From: Clostridiales bacterium
GTDB taxonomy: Bacteria > Bacillota > Clostridia > Oscillospirales > CAG-272
Reading direction: 5' to 3'
Assembly (NCBI GenBank): GCA_012519315.1
Contig: JAAYQM010000100.1
Coordinates: 23,312-87,311 of the forward strand
DNA length: 64,000 bases
Shown here: positions 57,734 to 64,000 of the stretch, piece by piece
How positions within the stretch are numbered: the stretch's first letter is position 1
How the letters are laid out: every line of letters starts with the position of its first letter
Position numbers and translations under genes: made by a program
Notes under the pieces: generated by a model
Seen by the model: only the letters and a program-made list of their open reading frames with translations
Told to the model about the DNA's origin: nothing
Database searches by the model: none

Positions 57734-59494
57734 ATGAACAGTTCAAAAAGATCAAAGAAAAACGAATCAAAAACATCAAACTATAAATGGACCTATCCGG
57801 ATACCCCGCCTGGTATGATGCATTCACCGCAAAGGCAGCCGGATCCTTTTTCACGCCATCCTCAAGGTCAAAAAAGCTCTGTCGAAAACAGATTAAATGA
57901 GCATCAACGACTTCGCAAAACAACTTCACCCGCCCCCCCTTCGTCAACTTCGTCAACTTCGTCAGCTTTGTCAAAATCGCAAATCAAAAGGGACAGACCA
58001 CAGCAAACGAATATTGCGCCGTCCAAACCTTTAAAACCGGAACGGAAACCGGGCCCCGCCAAAGCGGCATCAAAGAAAAAAGCAAACAAAAAGAAAGCAA
58101 ATTCCCCTTCCCTGCTGGGAATTCAGGATAATACACCTTCAACAAGAAAACAGCTCCGGTCAAGGTCAAAGCTTAATCCGGAGCAGCTTGAAATCGAGCG
58201 CAGAAGCAAAGAGAGATATATGTTTTACCTGAAGAAAAAGCGGGAGCGATTCTTTCGCGTGCTGATCAGGCGATTTGTGTTGCTTGTCATAATTTTCACG
58301 ATGATGGCCACCTCTGCTTCCGCCCTTTTTCTAATCTATTTATATCGAACCGATAGAACTCCTAAGCCGCCCGATGTTACCTATAAAATCGGAAGTGAAA
58401 ATGCAAAGCTCTGCAGCTATACGCAAGCATATAGTCGGGACGTTTTGCTAGTGAACTTCTTTGATATTGCCGACCTATGCGGTATGACCATATCGGGAAG
58501 CGCACATGAGCTGAAATTTTCCCTTAAGGACGAAAATGGCGAGGTAAGGGAATACGCTCGTTTTTTCTCCGGAAGCAACCTTGCCGTTATAAACGGGCAA
58601 TCCCTCCACCTATCGGCACCTACCCGGCTGATATCAGAGGAGCTGTGGATACCGGCTGATTTCCTGACAAATGCCATGCGAGGGCTTGCGGTAGCCGTCA
58701 GCGAGGACGGCAAAAGACTGGAGGTTAACCGTATTGAGCTTAACAGCAGCACCCCCTCCAACCCGAAGTATGAAACTATCTCATTTCTATATAAGGAGCC
58801 TTATGTGATAAATCCCATTGACGAGTCACAAGTTATCGGTCTTGAGGCGGTAGAATTCCTGACCGATCTCAGCACATATGAGACATATATGAATCCTGCA
58901 ATTCGGGATGACTATCTCCTGCTTGTAAACAGTAATAACAAGCTTGCAAATACCTATGTTCCGCCCGATCTTACCGATGTTGCGGGAACCGAAACTGCAA
59001 CCTCCGCCGCAAAGCAACTGCGGGAATATGCCGCAAAATCCCTTGAGGCTCTTCTTATTGAGGCAGAGGCAAACGGTATCAAAAACCTGCGTGTATCCAG
59101 CGCATACCGCAGTTATGCCAACCAGAATTACCTCTTTAATTATTACATCAACAACACCATGACCGAAAAGGGGATCAGCTATGAGGCGGCATACAAGGAG
59201 GTTATCGCCTATTCAGCGCCGGCGGGTGCCAGCGAGCATCAAACAGGGCTTGCTATTGATATTACCAGCCAGTTAACCTTAAATCAATCCTTTGCTCAAA
59301 CCGAGCAGTATAAATGGCTGTCCCAAAACGCACACAAATTCGGATTTATTCTCCGCTATCCCGAAAATAAACAAGAAATTACTAACATCATGTTTGAGCC
59401 TTGGCATTATCGTTATGTCGGGCGTTATCACGCAACCCGTATCTATGAGTCAGGACTCTGTCTTGAAGAATATCTCGAAACGCTACAAAAATAG
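57734..59494 (+). CDS. VanY/M15B-type D-alanyl-D-alanine carboxypeptidase with a long disordered N-terminus and a TM anchor
   Basis: The C-terminal motifs SAYRSY..Q, SEHQTGLAIDI and EPWHYRYVG are present. ATG lies 7 nt after AAAGGA. TAG stop. Confidence 0.85.
   Translation: MNSSKRSKKNESKTSNYKWTYPDTPPGMMHSPQRQPDPFSRHPQGQKSSVENRLNEHQRLRKTTSPAPPSSTSSTSSALSKSQIKRDRPQQTNIAPSKPLKPERKPGPAKAASKKKANKKKANSPSLLGIQDNTPSTRKQLRSRSKLNPEQLEIERRSKERYMFYLKKKRERFFRVLIRRFVLLVIIFTMMATSASALFLIYLYRTDRTPKPPDVTYKIGSENAKLCSYTQAYSRDVLLVNFFDIADLCGMTISGSAHELKFSLKDENGEVREYARFFSGSNLAVINGQSLHLSAPTRLISEELWIPADFLTNAMRGLAVAVSEDGKRLEVNRIELNSSTPSNPKYETISFLYKEPYVINPIDESQVIGLEAVEFLTDLSTYETYMNPAIRDDYLLLVNSNNKLANTYVPPDLTDVAGTETATSAAKQLREYAAKSLEALLIEAEANGIKNLRVSSAYRSYANQNYLFNYYINNTMTEKGISYEAAYKEVIAYSAPAGASEHQTGLAIDITSQLTLNQSFAQTEQYKWLSQNAHKFGFILRYPENKQEITNIMFEPWHYRYVGRYHATRIYESGLCLEEYLETLQK
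57939..57974 (+). repeat. 9-bp tandem repeat (CTTCGTCAA) x4, two perfect and two one-mismatch copies, in-frame inside the VanY-like gene
   Basis: The sequence reads cttcgtcaa cttcgtcaa cttcgtcag ctttgtcaa and encodes SSTSSTSSALS. A C7 tract precedes it (57933-57939). Confidence 0.8.
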
Positions 59495-59545
59495 GATTCA
59501 ATTCAACGATTTTCTATTCTTAAAAACAGCGCAAGGGAGGACATT

Positions 59546-61863
59546 ATGCAGATATTTCATCGCCGTCCACTCGCCTTTGCGCTGTTTTTATTCTTGCTGA
59601 CAGCAGTTTTGGGATATTATCTGCCCGGCGAATTTAAAATATGGGGCATAGTTCTCTCAATTTTCGTCTTTTTAACCTCTTTTGCCTTATTGATATGGAA
59701 ATATCGCCGTTTTGCCATAAAAGGTGCACAGCGGACACTGTTTTTCCTCCTCTCTTCCCTTTTTGCTGCCATTGCCCTACTTTCGTCCTATCAATATTTT
59801 GACCGTTATTATGCCTCCTATGTCAATCTCGACGGCGTCACCGCCGAAATTGAGGCTACCGTCACCCGCGTAGCCTATATATCAGATTATGCCTGCTATT
59901 ATGACATCAATGTTCATAAGATCAACGGTAAACGGGCAAATGCAAAGATGAAGCTGGAGACCGACTACCCTTGTACCCTTTACGAGAACGATCTTTTTAC
60001 CATGCCGGTGACCTTCAGAGACATGGCTGAGGACATAAACGGCTATGCCGAAAAGAAGATCGCTCAGTCAAAGGGCTTTACCATCACCGCCTTTTCTGAT
60101 GCTCCTGATTATGAGATTATTGGCAAGGGAAAGTTTACTGCCACTCGTTTTTTTTCAGAATATGAATGAAGCAATGTCAAGCCGCCTTGTCAAAGCGGTG
60201 CCCGGTCAAACCGGAAAGCTGCTTTCCGCCTTTCTTCTCGGCAATCGCAACCTTCTTCCCGATATCATAACCAGAGATTTCAATCGCATCGGCATCTCAC
60301 ATATTCTCTCGGTGAGCGGCATGCATTTTTCTATTCTGGCAGGCGGGCTCGAATTTTTGCTCACCCTGATGCGCATACAGAAAAAAAGACGGGTCATATT
60401 GATGATTCTCTTTACCCTGTTTTACATGGGGCTTACCGGATTCGCTCTTCCGGTCTGCCGGGCAGGCATCATGCTCTTATTTGTGTATGCCGGTTTTCTG
60501 TTTGGTCAAGAGCGGGATGCGCTAACCTCCCTTTTTATTGCTACCGCCGTTAACTGTCTTATCACCCCTTATGCCGTGCTTGACGCGGCCCTCTGGCTCT
60601 CCTTTCTATCAACCTTTGGTATCATCATCGCCAATGAAGTTTTCTCCCCTATTATCCAAAAGCTAAAAGAAAAGAATTTTATAGGGAAGATAATCGGGAC
60701 TATTCTGTTTAATCTGATAATTACCTTGGCGGCGACCTTCGCAATACTACCCCTTTATCTGGCTTTATTTCGGCAAAATTTCCCTGATATCTCCCTTCGC
60801 CAACCTTATTTTAACCCCTTTAGCCGACCTGTTTATGTATGTGGCACCCTTCTTTCCCATCTTCGGGCGAATTGCATATTTAAGTGAAATAATCGGCTTT
60901 ATCGGAGAATTTTTTCTCGATGCTGTCAGACAGATGTCCTCATGGCGCAATATCATGTTCTCCCTTCGCTACAATTTCACAATATATCTTGTTGTCGCTT
61001 TTGCCCTTTTGATGCTTATTCTTTTGTGTATAAAATTAAGAAGGCGTCTGTATCTTGCCCTTGTTCCAGTTGCCTTTTGCATAGCGTTCTACGGATGCGC
61101 TGTGATTTATCATAAAATTCATGCAAACGAACTGACCGCAATCTATCAGTCCAGCAAGAAGAATGAAAGCCTGATTGTGATAAATAATGACAGAGCGCTT
61201 TTATGTGATTTCTCGGACGGCTCTTATACCATTGTCGCTAAAAGCGCCAATGCCATCTCGAAAAACGGAATCTGTGAAATCGAAATTTATATGCTGACCC
61301 ATTATCATCAGAGGCACAAAAACACCCTTTATCGTCTGATTCAGCGTGAGTTTATCCGGCAGATACTCCTTCCTTCGCCGCAAACTGCTACCGAGGATGA
61401 AATAGCCGATGCGATTTTGAGAGTTGCCGCAGAATACGATATCCCCGTTTTATTCTATATGCCGGGGGATGATGCCCTGCTTTTTAACGATATTCTGATA
61501 GACATCATGCCACGCACCGTGCTTAAACGTTCAACTCACCCCCTTCTTTCGCTGACAGTCGCAAAGGGGGATAACCGCATTACATATATCGGAGCGTCAG
61601 CCTTTGAAGGGGAGAATTCCGACTTTTGTATGGAATATTCTGCGAACAGTAATGTTATTATTATGGGAATTCACGGTCCTGTTTACAAAACACCGTATTT
61701 TTTGGACCGTCCCAAATCAGGCAAAGATCTGTCCCTTGTTTTCTATGCCAACGATGAGGTGTTATCCTGGCATGACCATGATGATCTTGCCCGTTTATCC
61801 GAGAATGGGGGGACCACTCTGATAACCAATGTCGCATATTATAAAATTATACTGAAACAATGA
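59546..61863 (+). pseudogene. comEC: ComEC/Rec2 DNA internalisation channel, split over three frames by two +1 frameshifts
   Basis: ORF 59546-60169 is the N-terminal TM/DUF4131-like part. ORF 60045-60887 is the competence domain (GISHILSVSGMHFS). ORF 60835-61863 is a degenerate metallo-beta-lactamase domain (LTHYHQRH). The junctions lie at the T8 run 60148-60155 and the TTT at 60768-60770. Confidence 0.85.
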
Positions 61864-62031
61864 AAGCGGCATACCTCATATCATTCAATTGCATTTTTCC
61901 AAGAAATATGATATGATTAACAGAATCAAATCTATAAAATACTCACGGGAATTCTAAATTTGCGCAATAAAACACACAAACCTCCTGCTGAATGCATATA
62001 GAGCCTACTTTATCCGATAGGAGATGATACT

Positions 62032-62400
62032 TTGAAGATTTATGAATCCGCTGAAAATTACCTTGAAACTATTTTGATTTTATCAAAGAAAAATGACAGG
62101 GTTCGCTCTATTGATATTGTTAACAAATTGGAATATACTAAGCCCAGCGTCAGCGTCGCAATGAAGAATCTCAGAAAAAACGGTTATATAGATATGGATC
62201 GTGACGGCTATATCACCCTTACCGACAAGGGACGAGCAATTGCCGACGCCATGTTTGAGAGGCATATTCTCTTCACCAACTGGTTAATAGAATTAGGAGT
62301 TGACGAAAAGACCGCCGCAGAAGATGCCTGCCGAATCGAGCATGTCCTCAGCACCGACAGCTTTGAAGCGATTAAAAAGCATATCACCGGCCTGCAATAA
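62032..62400 (+). CDS. DtxR/MntR family metal-dependent transcriptional regulator (short form)
   Basis: 122 aa containing ENYLETILIL......VRSIDIVN.L...KPSVS.AMKNL...GYI. TTG start lies 8 nt after AGGAG. Confidence 0.85.
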   Translation: MKIYESAENYLETILILSKKNDRVRSIDIVNKLEYTKPSVSVAMKNLRKNGYIDMDRDGYITLTDKGRAIADAMFERHILFTNWLIELGVDEKTAAEDACRIEHVLSTDSFEAIKKHITGLQ

Positions 62401-62416
62401 GACTAAATTTCATTAT

Positions 62417-62461
62417 AAAAAGGCGTAAAAAGCACAAATGGTGCTTTTTACGCCTTTTTTT
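62417..62461. terminator. Bidirectional rho-independent terminator
   Basis: AAAAAGGCGTAAAAAGCAC pairs with GTGCTTTTTACGCCTTTTTT. Confidence 0.8.
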
Positions 62462-62472
62462 GCCGATACAGC

Positions 62473-63609
62473 TTATTCGGCTGTCGAGTCCTTCATGAGG
62501 TATGTCAGCTTTGCAATATCCTTTTGATTGACAAAGGTGTCGATGCTAAGCAGGAACAAAGCATCGTCATAATCAGCAATATCCAGATAATTGTCAAGCC
62601 TGCGGTTGATATAGCGCAGGTCAACAAGGGTAATCTTGCTGTAGTGCTCCAGCAGCATAGGGGCAAAGGAATGAGCATAGGAGTCCTTAAAGACAAGCAA
62701 AGCAGGACCATTCTCTTCCTTGCCGTAAAGGGTTACAATTGGCTGATTTGTGCCTAAGAAGTAAGCGTATTTATCCTTTTTTTCCAGGTACTCCGAAAAG
62801 TATATGCTATCATAGGATATTGTAGTCTTGCCGTCGAAAATATCGCAGCGAGGGTCAAAGCTGTTTTTAAAAGCCTCTATTTCATCACTTTTGATAAAGC
62901 GAATCCCTGAGCTTGAGTAAAGGGTACCGTTAAAAGAGGTGCTTACAAGCTCCGCGGTATATTCTACCGGCTCAAGGCGGTTTTCCGAGCAATATTGCGT
63001 ATAGGCAAGATAGGCGCCGTAGGTTGTCCAGTGATGGTCGGTGCGGTAAAAGATATAATCCTCCTGATGCTCGGACAAAACCTCTTGCAGTGAGATTCCT
63101 TTTGCCTCCTCAAGCGCATCATAAGCCGCCTTAATAGTATCCTGCTGCGACCATGTTTTAGCAAATGGAGGCATTCTTTGTGTTAAAATTTCGGATGCGC
63201 TCGGCACAATCATGACAAAGGCGGGTATATCGGTTATGGAGGTAAAGTAGTTGATACCGCCGATATTTTCCTCGACAAATTTGTCGTTCGGTCCCGATAT
63301 TTTTCCGATCAGGGTGTTTTTCCCGATAAAAACATTATTGCTTTCCTTCTTGCCAAGACCGTATTCCAAAAGGCTTTGAGCATTGATCCAGGCGTCCCGA
63401 GCCAAAAACTGCTCATTTATATAAACCTCAACCTTACCCATAAATTCGCCGTTGAACAGCTCGGATAAGGAAAAGCGAGGAAAGGCGGATAAATATCTAT
63501 TTTCATTTTCAGAGTAGCTGCGATATGGGATCGCAAGATTAACAACAACCACTAAAGCCCACAGCACAACGAAGGTAAAGAAAAAAATCCTGTTTAGTTT
63601 GGTTTTCAT
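62473..63609 (-). CDS. DHHW family protein (AlgX/AlgJ-like SGNH-type acyl-transfer partner)
   Basis: 378 aa with an N-terminal TM helix and the YRTDHHWTTYGAYLAY motif. Confidence 0.85.
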   Translation of the reverse strand: MKTKLNRIFFFTFVVLWALVVVVNLAIPYRSYSENENRYLSAFPRFSLSELFNGEFMGKVEVYINEQFLARDAWINAQSLLEYGLGKKESNNVFIGKNTLIGKISGPNDKFVEENIGGINYFTSITDIPAFVMIVPSASEILTQRMPPFAKTWSQQDTIKAAYDALEEAKGISLQEVLSEHQEDYIFYRTDHHWTTYGAYLAYTQYCSENRLEPVEYTAELVSTSFNGTLYSSSGIRFIKSDEIEAFKNSFDPRCDIFDGKTTISYDSIYFSEYLEKKDKYAYFLGTNQPIVTLYGKEENGPALLVFKDSYAHSFAPMLLEHYSKITLVDLRYINRRLDNYLDIADYDDALFLLSIDTFVNQKDIAKLTYLMKDSTAE

Positions 63610-63620
63610 AACGCCTCCTC

Positions 63621-64000
63621 CTAAAATCTGAAGTATAGAAACGGGTTATAGGTGCTGTTAACCAGATAAGCAACGCAGGCCCAGAAGACAAGCATATAGG
63701 CAACCGAGGTAAACACCATAGTAGATGTTTTGGCGGTATTTTCGGTACGGTCGATAATCTTTTTCAGGCTCGGAGTGCTAAAGTATGCCGCCAACACAAA
63801 AATAATGCCGTATCCTAAGAGATAGTAGACAGCCTCGCTGTTGGCAAAGGGCAATTTTGAGAATCCGAACATACCTAAGAGATAGCTACCGAGCGCCTTC
63901 ATGTCTTCAAAATAGAAAATAACCCAGCTGACCATCACAAGGAACATAGTATAAACGTGGCGCAAAAATGCGGGCAGGCGATCTAAGAATCTTGCAAGGA
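63621..64000 (-). CDS. MBOAT family O-acyltransferase (AlgI/DltB/PatA-like), C-terminal part; continues past the window end
   Basis: The reading frame is open to position 64000 (...LARFLDRLPAFLRHVYTMFLVMVSWVIFYFED...). The hydrophobic C-terminus is typical of MBOAT. It lies immediately upstream of the DHHW gene. TAG stop. Confidence 0.8.
   Translation of the reverse strand, partial: LARFLDRLPAFLRHVYTMFLVMVSWVIFYFEDMKALGSYLLGMFGFSKLPFANSEAVYYLLGYGIIFVLAAYFSTPSLKKIIDRTENTAKTSTMVFTSVAYMLVFWACVAYLVNSTYNPFLYFRF

Noticed and set aside
57939-57974. The short tandem repeat considered as a CRISPR or minisatellite locus.
   Set aside because: It is only 36 bp, with contiguous 9-bp units and no spacers, and it is in-frame inside a coding region. 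It is reported only as a coding microsatellite.
1-64000. A window-wide search for mobile elements, prophage, CRISPR-Cas, restriction-modification, toxin-antitoxin or other defence-island signatures, and for tRNA, rRNA, SRP RNA or tmRNA genes.
   Set aside because: No transposase, integrase, recombinase, Cas, methylase-endonuclease pair or phage structural gene is present among the ORFs. No spaced direct-repeat arrays were seen. Intergenic regions are short and AT-rich with no tRNA-like GC-rich segments. The window appears to be core chromosome, so I do not claim a novel system.

Overview
This window looks like ordinary chromosomal core from a spore-forming Firmicute, probably Clostridia (about 45% GC by eye; taxon is a guess). 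All calls come from reading the supplied ORF translations and the DNA for motifs. No similarity search, HMM or RNA-folding program was run.

Contents:
- About 60 genes, mostly housekeeping.
- Sporulation: yqfD, yqfC, ylbJ, spoIVB, whiA.
- Translation and RNA: prfB, ylxM-ffh-rpsP-KH, trmK, mnmM, tyrS, nusB.
- Replication and repair: dnaE, recN, xseAB, dinB, a broken comEC.
- Envelope: PBP1A, murB, plsY, M23, M14 and VanY-type peptidases, an SGNH hydrolase, a DHHW-MBOAT pair.
- Metabolism: glpK, folC, nadK, ispA, and a paaK-iorA-iorB-paaK arylpyruvate cluster.
- A scattered corrinoid protein and a RACo-like corrinoid activase.

Not seen: rRNA, tRNA, CRISPR array, transposase or integrase, prophage, or any recognisable defence island. 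I cannot point to a convincing new multi-gene system.

Worth a second look:
1. An in-frame TAG inside the otherwise intact, normally essential ispA.
2. comEC split by two +1 frameshifts, each fixed by removing one T from a T-run.
3. A RACo-like gene whose homologous N-terminus starts at an ATA codon, with no canonical start codon upstream.
4. Twin AACT-N4-AGTT palindromes in the MATE/ACT divergent intergenic region.
5. A roughly 107-nt nested inverted-repeat element between two identical extended -10 boxes upstream of DUF3006-plsY.
6. tyrS overlapping the recN 3' end, leaving no room for a T-box leader.
7. A WhiA missing most of its first LAGLIDADG-like subdomain.

Items 1-3 may simply be sequence errors, and read-level checking is the decisive test.
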